Assembly (NCBI GenBank): GCA_951406725.2 | Contig: OX597824.1 | Span: 78,802,001-78,866,000 of the forward strand | DNA: 64,000 nt | Direction: 5' to 3' | DNA from: Octopus vulgaris | Taxonomy: Eukaryota | In this document: positions 51,166 to 62,964 of the stretch, piece by piece | Position numbering within the stretch: the stretch's first letter is position 1 | Layout of the letters: every line of letters starts with the position of its first letter | Notes under the pieces: generated by a model | The model's input: only the letters and a program-made list of their open reading frames with translations | Database searches by the model: none | Told to the model about the DNA's origin: nothing | Position numbers and translations under genes: made by a program

Positions 51166-51709
51166 ACTAACATAGATTGAATTATGTGCTTCTGGATCCA
51201 CCCTGCTTGGGGATAAAGAAAAGAGACGAAATGGCCATAGCTTGATTGCCTTTGATCATTGGCCTTCTCATTCAATTCTAACCTGGGGCTAAACAGGAGC
51301 AACAATAACATTCACAGCCCAGTTCTCAGATAAGCTTAGCCTTTCTGTAACTATATTACTAATTAAATACACTACCTTTCTATGTTTTCAATTAATTTTG
51401 AAGCTAATTGAGAATTTTGCTGACTTAGGAGTCACGAACCAATGTCGGTGGGAGGGTATCTACCAGGTTACTCAGCATATTAGAAATATAGCCAAATCCT
51501 TTCAAATTATGCCCTACCAAGCTTATAGGATATGGTTTGAGGAAGATTAAGGTATTATTTCTTGCAAGTCTAATGAGTAAAAATATTGCCACCATTGATA
51601 AAAATAAACTACATGTGATATGCAAGTTCAAATATCTGAGGGTTATCACAGGCATGGGAGACTGGGGCCACAAAATAGGAGCATAACTCAGGAGCAACAA
51701 TACCGCCCC

Positions 51710-52170
51710 TTAAAACCATTCAATACAATCTGGAAAGACAGAGCTCTTAAGAGCATTGGATTAAATCTTCTGAAGACACTAGTTTGGCCCGGTTGCATTG
51801 TATAGATTTGAAAAGTGGACCTTAAAACAAAGGGCAATACCAATCTCAGAACATTTGAAAGGATATGCTACCAATGAGTTCTGGGAATCAACTGGATTGA
51901 TCATCAATCAGCAAATGAGTTAGTAACTGGAGGAAATGGGGACAGAAAGGAGGGATTTTTGTCAACAGTCAGGAAATTGAAGCTGCATTATTTTGGGCTT
52001 GTCACCAAGGCCTAGAATCTCAGCACCCATTTCCTAAAGGGAAAAGTCGGTGGGAAATGAGGAATGGAAAGACTTAGAATGGACCCAGCAGAACTATGGC
52101 CAGAGTTGAGATTCAATGGAGATGGTGCATGCATCCATGGTCCCTGACCCTTCAGCATAGATGGGAATAG
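51710..52170 (+). mobile_element. RTE-clade LINE ORF2 C-terminal fragment, degenerate
   Basis: Frameshifted pieces FNTIWKDR..LNLLKTLVWP / EKWTLKQ / LRTFERICY..VLGINWIDH / LSTVRKLKLHYFGLVTK..LKGKVGGK match the RTE/BovB C-terminus (IW...KL.LL..LV.P...YG.E.WTL...FE.WC.RR.L.I.W......KL.YFGH). Confidence 0.75.
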
Positions 52171-52798
52171 ACACAACAATATGTGAGGATTGATTCAATT
52201 TGGTTCAATGTTCACTGCTTTACACTACAAATATATAGTCCATGGCTCAGTATGAAAACAATGGTGGTGGTGGTGGTGCTTCACTAACCTTATATTCTTT
52301 CATGTTCCAACATAAAAAAAATGCCAGCTTGTGGTCAAAGACATTCCAGTTGCAACCATTTTCTGTTTGTTTTTTTCCTTTACTGGTGTAATTTGAGGCA
52401 AATATGGCTACTATTTCTAGCCATTTGAGCACACATGCAGGACCACCATCTCTAAATGATTGTTGCTATTTGTTTAACTCCAGTCCAGGCCTAATTAAGA
52501 ATATCTATGATCATAGATGTACCAACAAACCTAGTCATAATGTTTCTAAGACAACAGTATCCAAAGACTTTGTCTCTATTTTCCACACACTACATGAGAA
52601 TGATCTAGCTACCATTTCTAACATGTTGAGCGACTACGTAAAGGACCTCTCAGTATGGTGATAATAATAGTGATTCTTATTAGTTGCTTAGCACTAAAAC
52701 GGTCCTGATCAAGCAGGCCCATGATCAGAGGATTTCCAGCCATGACCAAGCCACTTGTGGATATGTGCCTGTGTGTAAAATCTCAGACTATAATACTG

Positions 52799-53113
52799 CA
52801 AAGCACCATCCGATCGTGGCCGTTGCCAGCCTCACCTGGCCCCCGTGCTGGTGGCACGTAAAAGGCACCAACCAATTGTGGCCGTTGCCAGCCTCGCCTG
52901 GCACCTGAGCCGGTGGCACGTAAAAAGCACCCACTACACTCACGGAGTGGTTGGCGTCAGGAAGGGCATCCAGCCGTAGAAACATTGCCAGATCAGACTG
53001 CGCCTGGTGCAGCCTTCTGGCCTCCCAGACCCCAGTGGAACCGTCCAACCCATGCTAGCATGGAAAGCGGACGCTAAATGATAATGATGATGATGATGAT
53101 GATGATAATGATG
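52799..53113 (+). mobile_element. SINE family C (RTE-related 3' end, (ATG)n tail, internal GGCACGTAAAAAGCACC repeats)
   Basis: ...GGAGTGGTTGGCGTCAGGAAGGGCATCCAGCCGTAGAAAC...CCAACCCATGCTAGCATGGAAAGCGGACGCTAAATGATAATGATG. Other copies at about 4330-4560(-), 7205-7365(-), 9836-10196(+), 14500-14760(-), 24600-25380(+, interrupted by SINE A), 29190-29425(-), 48868-49057(+) and 58585-58908(+). Confidence 0.8.
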
Positions 53114-55264
53114 TATGTCCTGTATATCCTATTTTTAGGCTGCAGGATATGATTTGAGAGTGAGCTGGCTGCGATTTCTAGCATGTAGAGCACTCCCTCT
53201 GTGTGGTGGTGGTGGTGGTGGTGGTGGTGGCAGTGATTGTGGTAGCTGTGGTGGTAATAGTAGTAAAAGGCTGGTGAAAGCTTTCATGCTGGGCTCACTG
53301 GGAAATGTGCTAAGTAGTCCTTAGCAGTAAGTGCTTTGACGGCAACAGAAGTGAAGGAGGGGGTGCTGGGACTCTTTTTTTTTTTTTTTTGTTCTTATCA
53401 TTACCACTACCACTACCACCACCACCACTTATGCAACTTGCATCATAGTTTTTTATAATAATAATAATGATGATGATGATGATAATAATAATAATGGTAA
53501 AAAATCACGCTATTCACATCCAGACAGCTGTCATACATAACTGGTGGTAAGCATATGGAAGTGACCTGATTTTTGTGATTTCGAAATCTCTATGAATGCT
53601 AGTGTGTATGGAAGGTAACAAAGTGTGTGTGTGTGTGTGTGTGTAAAACGCGCGCACACGTGTGCTTTACAGAAGATATATGAGGGAAGTTTCATCATTT
53701 ACACATCTGTCTGCATATAAGTAGATACTTGATGAAATATCTCTCACTCTGTGTGTGTATGTGTGTATTCTTTTATTCTTTTCAGTCATTCGACTGTAGG
53801 CCATGCTGGAGCACCGCCTTCAGTCAAACAAATCGACTCCAGGACTTATTCTTTGTAAGCCTAGCACTTATTCTATCGGACCCTTTTGCCGAACCGCTAA
53901 GTTACAGAGATGTAAACACTCCAACATCGGTTGGCAAGCGATGTTGGGAGTACAAACACACACAGACACACATTATATATATATATATATATACACACAC
54001 ACGACGAGCTTCTTTCAGTTTCTGTCTACCAAATCCACTCACAAGGGTATGGTCGGCCTGAGGTTATGCAGTGGGACTGAACCAGGAACCATGTGGTTGG
54101 TAAGCAAGCTACTTACCACACAGCCAGTATAAGGGGAGAAATTTTATCACATATCTCTTGATATATACACACTCACACATATATGCTTTCATATTAGTTG
54201 GACCTTTTCAAACCAACAAACCTTGGGTCCTGGCCATTACTTAACCATGGAAAAACGCCAGAAAAAAGAAACTGACCCCTAAAGGTAAACCCTTTGTAAA
54301 CATAGTCTTGCCAGTTCATTCCACATATTTATTGTCTTAGTAAAAGTTAAAACAAATCTTAAATACTAACATAAATAATATAAATCTTAAATACTAATAT
54401 AACTAATGAGTTTTATAAACGAGCGGAGTTATTGTTTCTTGGAGTATGATGTACAAAATCAAAACTTCAAAACTGCTAGATTACTATAGGAGTTGCCAGG
54501 TTTCATTTGGTCTGAAGTGTATAATAATAATCTGTTGTGTCTGGGGAAATAAGTGGAAATTTTACCGGTGAGTGTGTTAAATCATAAGGCACAAAAAGAA
54601 AATGACTCTCCCCAGACACAACAGAATATGCTTCAACACACGAACTCATATAAATAATCTTGCAAAACAAATCCAAAAACAAAAGATAATAATAATAATA
54701 ATCCTTTCTACTAAAGGCCCAAGAGCTGAAATTTTGAGGTGGGGGACTAGTCGATTACATTGACTCCAGTGTTTCACTGGTACTTTATTTATCGACCCCG
54801 AAAGGATGAAAGGCAAATTTGACCATGGTAAAATTTGAACTCGGAACATTAGGATGAATGAAATGCCACTAAGCATTTTGCCCGGCATGCTAACGATTCT
54901 GCCAGCTCGCCGCCTGAAAATAATTATAATACTAATCTTTTCGAATGTAGATGCAAAGTCTGAAATTTGGGAAAGGGGTTACTTGATTACATCAACTCCA
55001 GTGTGTTAATAATATTGACATAATGACTTTCCAACGACACAACAAAATTTGTCCCAACACACAAATTCACATAAAGAAGCTTGCAAACCAGATACAAAAA
55101 CAGAATAACATATGCTTTTGCCAGCTATTGTGACTTTCTTAATGCCAAAAAGTAAAACAGTATCACTCCTTATTTATCATAAAAGCAAATACCATAATGG
55201 AATAAATATCTGAAGTTACTATGTTCAACATGAAGATGGTCGCCCAGCATCAAGGAAATATATA

Positions 55265-55490
55265 TATTTCTTTACTACCCACAAGGGGCTAAACACAGAG
55301 GGGACAAACAAGGACAGACAAAGGGATTAAGTCGATTATATCGACCACAGTGCGTAACTGGTACTTAATTTATCGACCCCGAAAGGATGAAAGGCAAAGT
55401 CGACCTTGGCGGAATTTGAACTCAGAATGTAACGGCAGACGAAATACGGCTACGCATTTCGCCCGGCATGCTAACGTGTCTGCCAGCTCG
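55265..55490 (-). mobile_element. SINE family B with TSD
   Basis: Flanked by CAAGGAAATATATA at 55251-55264 and 55491-55504. Confidence 0.9.
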
Positions 55491-55959
55491 CAAGGAAATA
55501 TATAGATAGATAGTTGGATAGATATAGAGAGAGAAAATACATGTCTGGTGGCATTTATATGTCTGATCAAAATACCAGATGGGAGTAACAGTTTGCTTTC
55601 CCACCTAAATTTAAATTATGCTAGGTGAGATGAGTGGGAGGAAATAAACACCATGAGGTACTTAAACTCCCTGCTTAGTTGTTGGTTTTTCTTTTTCGTT
55701 TTTAAATCCGAGATTGCCATTTGTACATAAGATTCTCCTAAAAAAAGTGGATTGATCACAGCTAAAATGTCTTGAATTTATAAGTTTGCTTAAACAATAT
55801 CAGCATCATTTTATGTCTATTTTTCCATTCTGGTATGGATTATGGATTAGCAGGGTCACTCAGCATATTTTGCATCATCTGGCACACACACACACACTCA
55901 CACACACAAAGCAAAACTAATCAATTTTATTTTGGTGTGTGTCTTATGATGTAACACAA

Positions 55960-56092
55960 AAGAAGTTGTCTTATTATTTGTGGTACAGGAGAGGTTGTCC
56001 TATTATTATTCTTTGTAGCATAAGAGAGGCTGTCCTATTATTCCTTGTGGCACAAGAGAGGTTGTCCTATAATAATTTTCTTATTGGCACAA
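55960..56092. repeat. Minisatellite, 4 degenerate 30-35-bp units (AGAGAGGTTGTCCTATTATT...TGTGGCACA)
   Basis: Seen directly in the sequence; the whole unit is similar between copies. Confidence 0.7.
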
Positions 56093-58803
56093 CAGTAATC
56101 ATCCTATGCAAGCAGATTACAGACTCCCTTCTACCTTGCATCACTTCTCACCCAGAGCTGCTTCTCTCTTACCCAGGTAATCTACCATGCAACTTGCAGA
56201 GTCCGTGTTTTGCCCATACATTCCATTCTTTGTACAATTTCTAACCAACCCCGCATGCCCTTCCTAATAGCAACCACTTCATATAATCTACACACAACAG
56301 AGAGGTTGTTGTATGCAGGTGGAGCTAAAGAATCTGTCTAATCTATCTTGCATCACCATTCAGAGGTACTGCCTTCATGACAGGTAGCCTGAAACTCCGA
56401 ATATCTCACTACACCAACTGCCAAGTCCTGCTTCCCACAGTTTTTCATATCTTATTCAGCTAATTAAGATTTGTTAAAGTATTGCCAATGTAACCACAAT
56501 AGTAGCCGAATAAAATAAAATCAGTGTCTTTGATTGTGTTCTATGGTTAAGTGCTTAACTTTTTAGCATTCAGATTACTATGTCAAATGTAATGCTTATT
56601 TATTCATATTGTGTGGAATTAATCATAGATTATCTCACAGCTTTGAAATTTTGATGACGTGATTGTAATATTTTTAGAATGACACTGTAGGTTATGTGTG
56701 GCTAGTTTTAAACATAAAACAGGTAGGATATTTGAGCTGAATGTGGCCAGTTTAAATGCTTATGGGTTAATGTGTTTGCTATATACATTTTTCTTTAACA
56801 CCTTTGTAATCATATTTCTATTGAAATACACTTGCCTGTTTTTAATAATCTGCACCTATTTACACAGGTATTTTGGAACATTAATCAACATGAAATCATG
56901 ATAGCAGATTTTAACTTAGATCATTTTAAGAGGTTTGTTTTATAGAACCAAGAGCAATCACAGGTGGGTTGGTATTAAAAGGGTTAACCAAATTTTCAGC
57001 AATTTCAATCATGGACAATTATAGGTAGCTTCCTCAAGATTCCTTGGCATAATGAAGTAGAAGAGGTGAGAAATGTATATATTTCTTTACTGCCCACAAG
57101 GGGCTAAACATAGAGGGGACAAACAAGGACAGACAAAGGGATTAAGTCGATTACGTCGACCCCAGTGTGAAACTGGTACTTTATTTATCGACCCCGAAAG
57201 GATGAAAAGCAAAGTCAACCTCGGCGGAATTTGAACTCAGAACATAACGACAGATGAAATGCCACTAAGCATTTCGCCCGTCGTGCTAATGTTTCTGCCA
57301 GCTCACCGCCTGAAAAATGTATAAAAAAAAGGAATATAGTTTTCAAAGATGTTCTCTTAAGACTGTACATTCACTATTGCCTATTTAGAATAAATTCAAT
57401 TTCAAAAGAAATTATGTATTTCATTGTTTTCTAACATCTTCCAACAGTCTTTATTGTTCCCAAAATAACCTTGGAGTTTCTACAAGTACTGCTATTAATG
57501 TATTAATTTTGTATTCAAATACTGCCAAGATCGAATTTGTTTATCATCTTTTTCAAGGGTCAATAAATCTATTATTCCTTCCCAGAAATCTGTGGATTTG
57601 GGCCAGAGGAAGAAATCAATAATTTGTCTTTGTGTATCTGTCTTTCTTTAAAATATTTCTTTTTTTGGCATTTTCTTCCCAATTTCTGCTACAAGTTTCT
57701 AAATAAAACTGTAGCAGAAGTTTCGGGTGGTGGGGGTAATTATTTTCCTCCAGGTCAACTTCTGATGGAGCAAACCATTAGTCAAATGCTTCCTTTTTAA
57801 CGGTATGATGTAATGTCTGTGAGATTAGGTTGCTATTTCTTGCAGGTTTAGCTGCTGTGTAGTATGGGATCTCTTGTCGATGTGATTATTCATGATAAAA
57901 TGTGAAATACATTTCTCCAGTTTATCAAATCAGCGTGAGGAAGAGAATCCCACAAATATATATATATAACGATTATTTCAGATTATCAGATAAATTAGCG
58001 ATAGCAGGAAGAGAAACCTGTGTCTGTCTATTTAGCTATGTGTGTATGTGTGTACACATAAATTCTAGATCATCAAATATTAGTGATAGGAAGAGAAAAA
58101 TTTATAAATATAAACAGGTTTTCAGGGTTTGTTGTTGTTGTTGTTTTTTTTCTTAGCATGAGTCATAAGATTCCATTCATGCTGGGTTACCACCCTCAGT
58201 GTTGTGTTGTGTTGCTTATATTTTTATATTTGAAGTGTGGTGGATTGGCACAAACATTAAAGTGTCAGATAAAATACCTCACTATATTTCTTCTGGTTCT
58301 TTGCATTCTGATTTCAAATCATACCAAGGTCAAATTTGACTTACATTCCTTCCAGGGTTAATAAAACAATGTACCAGTTTACTACTAGGGTTAATGGTAT
58401 GCATAAGCCCATCCCAGCCTTGTGTCTAAATCGGTAACAATTCTTACTATTATTGACTTGGCCTTTTATTCTTCCATGGTTGATGAAATAACTACCAGTT
58501 GAGCACTGGAGTCAATGTAATCAACTAGATTCACTCCTTCATGAATTTTGGTCCTTATGTCCATAGTAGATAAGATTATTATTACTGTTGCCTTACTGGC
58601 ACACGAAAAAACATTCGAGCGAGATTATTGCCAGTGCCACTGGACTGGCACCTGTGCAGGTGGCACGTAAAAAACACCATTTGAGCGTGGCCGTTGCCAG
58701 TACCACCTGACTGACCCTCATGCCGGTGGCGCGTAAAAGCACCGACTACACTCTCGGACTGGTTGGCGTTAGGAAGGGCATCAAGCTGTAGAAACTCTGC
58801 CAG

Positions 58804-59653
58804 ATCAAGATTGGAGCCTGGTGCAGCCATCTGGTTCGCCAGTCCTCAGTCAAATCGTCCAACCCAATGCTAGCATGGAAAGCGGATGTTAAACGATGAT
58901 GATGATGATTAAGGTGGTGAGCTGACAGAATCCTTTGCTCATCAGACAATTGCTTAGTGATATTCTTTTTCTGGCAATTTACATTCTGAGTTCAAGCTTC
59001 ACCAAAGTTGATTTTTGCCTCTCATCCTTTCAGAGGTTGATAAAATGCGTACCAGTCATGTACTGTAGCTGATGTGATTTATTAGAAATTTCCTGGACCC
59101 TGTATTATTTTGAATTACACTACCTTTTGTTCCAATTAATTTTATCCCTCTAGCATTCACATTATTCTATCAAAAGTAATGCTTATTTATTCGTACTTTT
59201 TTTTTAATTGATCATGCATTGGAGCCTGGTGCAGCCATCAAGATTGGAGCCTGGTGCAGCCATCTGGTTCGCCAGTCCTCAGTCAAATCGTCCAACCCAA
59301 TGCTAGCATGGAAAGCGGATGTTAAACGATGATGATGATGATTAAGGTGGTGAGCTGACAGAATCCTTTGCTCATCAGACAATTGCTTAGTGATATTCTT
59401 TTTCTGGCAATTTACATTCTGAGTTCAAGCTTCACCAAAGTTGATTTTTGCCTCTCATCCTTTCAGAGGTTGATAAAATGCGTACCAGTCATGTACTGTA
59501 GCTGATGTGATTTATTAGAAATTTCCTGGACCCTGTATTATTTTGAATTACACTACCTTTTGTTCCAATTAATTTTATCCCTCTAGCATTCACATTATTC
59601 TATCAAAAGTAATGCTTATTTATTCGTACTTTTTTTTTAATTAATCATGCATT
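58804..59653 (+). repeat. Recent 417-bp tandem duplication with a short templated junction insert
   Basis: 58804-59220 equals 59237-59653 (one substitution seen). The junction 59221-59236 copies 58813-58828. Confidence 0.9.
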
Positions 59654-60673
59654 ATCTTGTAGCTGAGACATTTTGATGAGGTAACTCTATTACTTGTTTC
59701 AGTCATTTGACTATGGCCTTGCTGGAGCACCGCTTTTAGTCGAGCACATCGACCCCAGGACTTATTCTTTGTAAGCCTAGTACTTATTTCTATCGGTCTC
59801 TTTTGCCGAACTGCTAAGTTACAGGAGCGTAAACACACCAGCATCAGTTGTCAAGCGATGTTGGTGGGACAAACATATACACACACACACACATATATAT
59901 ATATACATACATATATACGACGGGCTTCTTTCAGTTTCCGTCTACCAAATCCACTCACAAAGCTTTGGTCGGCCTGAGGCTATAGTAGAAGACACTTGCC
60001 TCAGGTGCCATGCAGTGGGACTGAACCTGGAATCATGTGGTTTGTAAGCAAGCTACTTACCACACAGCCACTCCTACGCCTACATATACATATATATATA
60101 TATATATATATGTATGCTTGTATATACACATGTGCATTATGTATACAAGGCCAGCGTTTGTTAATGTCGGTGAGGTAAGTAGGGTGGTTGTGTTACTGGT
60201 ACAGAGTAGAATAGATTCATTAAGAATAAGAGAAAGAGGAGTCAATGTGTCAAATGCACAAACACACACACACACACACGTATGTGTGTGTGTGTGTGTG
60301 TGTGTGTTGGATGATTCTATACATCAGCTGAGAGCGTGTATTGTGGATGAATATGTTTGTTTATTTTTCATTTTATATTTTAATTAATTCCATTTCTGTT
60401 TTTTTTTTTTTTTGTTGATGTTGAATTCCTTTTGTTGTCTGTGTTTCTATGGCTGCTGTTGGGGGTGGGGGAGGGGCGTCAGTGCAGCTGTTTACAGTAA
60501 GTAAACAACCTCTCCTCCCACTATTATGTCTTTTTATAAAAAAGTTACTGTACCTGCTTTGCCTCTATCTACCCTGTTTATTGTTAAAGTGTCACTGAGC
60601 TACAGCAGCTAATAATAGTAATATTGATAGCATAACTACTATTACTATATATAAATATATATGTCACCACCAC

Positions 60674-61280
60674 CACCACCATGATCACCGTGACCGACCA
60701 GGCTTTGTGTTGTTACACATCGCTGGTCACAATGCACTTCGCATTGTTTTTGCCTTCAAATGACGCCACCCCGCTGGCTAAGCGAGCAGGCCAACAGAAG
60801 AGAGAGTGAGAGAAGGTTGTGGCGAAAGAGTACAGCAGGGATCAACAACCACCCACCCACCCACCCTGCCGGAGCCGCGTGGAGCTTTAGATGTTTTCGC
60901 TCAATAAACACTCACATTGCCCGGTCTGGGAATCGAAACCTCGATCCTACAACCATGTTTCATCAAACGAGTCCGCTGCCCTAACCACCACCATGATCAC
61001 CGTGTACAACCAGGCTATGTGTTGCTACACATCGCTGGTCACAATGCACTTCGCATTGTTTTAGCCTTCAAATGACGCCACCCCGCTGGCTAAGCGAGCG
61101 GGCCAACAGAAGAAAGAGTGAGAGAAAGTTGTGGCGAAAGAGTTCAGCAGGGATCACCGCCACCCCCTGCCGGAGCCTCGTGGAGCTTTAGATGTTTTCG
61201 TTCAATAAACACTCACAACGCCCGGTTTGGGAATCGTCACCGCGAGTCTGCTGCCCTAACCATTGAGCCATTGCGCCTCC
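60674..61280 (-). mobile_element. Tandem pair of family D-headed SINEs with an alternative 3' part
   Basis: 60674-60983 and 60987-61280 are about 90% similar direct copies. Both have the family D head and a 3' part shared with 25918-26210. Confidence 0.75.
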
Positions 61281-61895
61281 ACACACATATATATATATAT
61301 ATATATGGGTGTAGATGTGGCTGTATGATAAGTTTAGTTTCCAAACACTCGGTTCTGGGTTCAGTCCAACTGCGCAGAACTTTGGGCAGGTGTCCTGCTG
61401 TAGTTCTGGGTCCATCCAAAATTTGTGAATGGATTTGGTTGAAGAAATTAAAAAAGAAGCCTGTCATGTGTGAGTGTGTTTGGGTTTTGTCCCTGAAGCT
61501 TAGCGGTTTGGCAAAAAGAGGCTGACAGAAAAAGTACCAGATTTAAAAAAGAAAAAAAAAAAAACCCAATGTTTGATTTGTTCAACTGGGTCCCTTCACG
61601 ACTGTGCCACAGCATAGCTGCAAGTCTAAAGACTGACACAAGTAAAAGATATATATTGTATGTATGTATATAGTGTACTGGCATTAGGAAGGGCATCAAG
61701 CCGCAGAAACCTTTCTAGAGCGGATAATAGAACTTGGCATAGCCCTCTGGTTTGCCAGCATAGACAATGATGGTATGTGTTGTGATAATTGTAGTAATTA
61801 TCTGGGAATATTTTTCTACATTTATTACTTAATACTTCTGTCACATCCAACCAAAGTCACTCAGCTTGCTAAAAGTATGAGTTATGTAATGCACA

Positions 61896-61931
<36 letters not shown>

Positions 61932-61934
<3 letters not shown>

Positions 61935-62142
61935 ACCTCGTGCGTACCACTGGCGATTTTTTTCCTCTGTCTTCCCTTCTCGGGATCTTTTCTTCTCCTA
62001 TGTTTCCGACGAAGAGCTCCGCTCGAAACGTTAAACCCTCCTTCTTCCCTTCTTTCCTGAGCATCCAATAATACTTTATTTGTTCCACGTCCTCGCGTTG
62101 TTGTGTTTTTTTTTGTTTTTGTGTTTTCTTGTTTGGATTAAC
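61932..62142 (+). mobile_element. Penelope-like element fragment (pLTR-type) inserted in (TA)n
   Basis: About 210-bp CpG-containing pyrimidine-rich insert flanked by (TA)n on both sides, with a T-rich 3' part and a minimal hammerhead motif. Confidence 0.6.
62002..62036 (+). ncRNA. Minimal type I hammerhead ribozyme motif (variant core)
   Basis: GTTT-CCGACGA-A-GAGC(TCC)GCTC-GAAA-CGTT-AAAC. Stem I GTTT/AAAC, stem II GAGC/GCTC, palindromic AACGTT at stem III. Core is CCGANGA instead of CUGANGA. Confidence 0.6.
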
Positions 62143-62964
62143 TATATATATATATATATATATATATAATATGTATGTGTGTAAAGTTATAAATGACAAA
62201 GAAATAGTTTGATGAAATTTTATTAAACAAGAAGAAAATTCAAAAATCACGACAACTTGTTTCGTAACTTAAAAGCATGTCAATAATTTATATTATTATA
62301 TTTAATGATAAATTACTTATATGTTTGCATAAATGCAAAAGATCTTTCAAAATAATGCAGAATAATGCTGTCCTCGTTTTCTCGTGTATCATACTATATA
62401 TTGTTTTGTAGAATGATTTAGCAGTTTTTTCTGAGTATTACCAGATTATATTCATATATTGTGACTTATATAATTAAGATGGTTTGGTTGGATTTGAGGG
62501 ATATTTGGCTGAACCACCATGTAGCAGTTTCAACAGTGATTAATCAATTCTATCAATGGAGATTATATCTTATCATTCCATTAATGAAATGAAACTGTAA
62601 CTGATGGAAGGGTGAACAGCAAATCCAGCTGTAGCAGGATGTGAACTCCAAATGTACAAGGACTTGACTAAATACCACCAGGTATTTCTTTTGACAGTCT
62701 ACCAATTTTGGCATCTGCTGCTCTATGGATACAGTTAATTATCATCACCACCACTATCATAATTTATCTTTTTCATGCTGACATGGGTTGGGGGAGTCCT
62801 TTTACCACCAGCCACTTTACATCATGAAATGACTGCAGTTTATCTTGCCATTGAAAACTCTCAAAAAAGGGTGTTTATGAAGAGTTTAATTCATTTTAAC
62901 AGTAAATTATTTTGATCTGTTTTCAAGTAAATTAATTGTTTTTCTTTCTTTTATTTTGATACAG

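Noticed and set aside
55960-56092. CRISPR-like look of repeated AGAGGTTGTCCTATTA
   Set aside because: The intervening sequences are similar to one another and too short, there are no cas genes, and the context is eukaryotic: a minisatellite.
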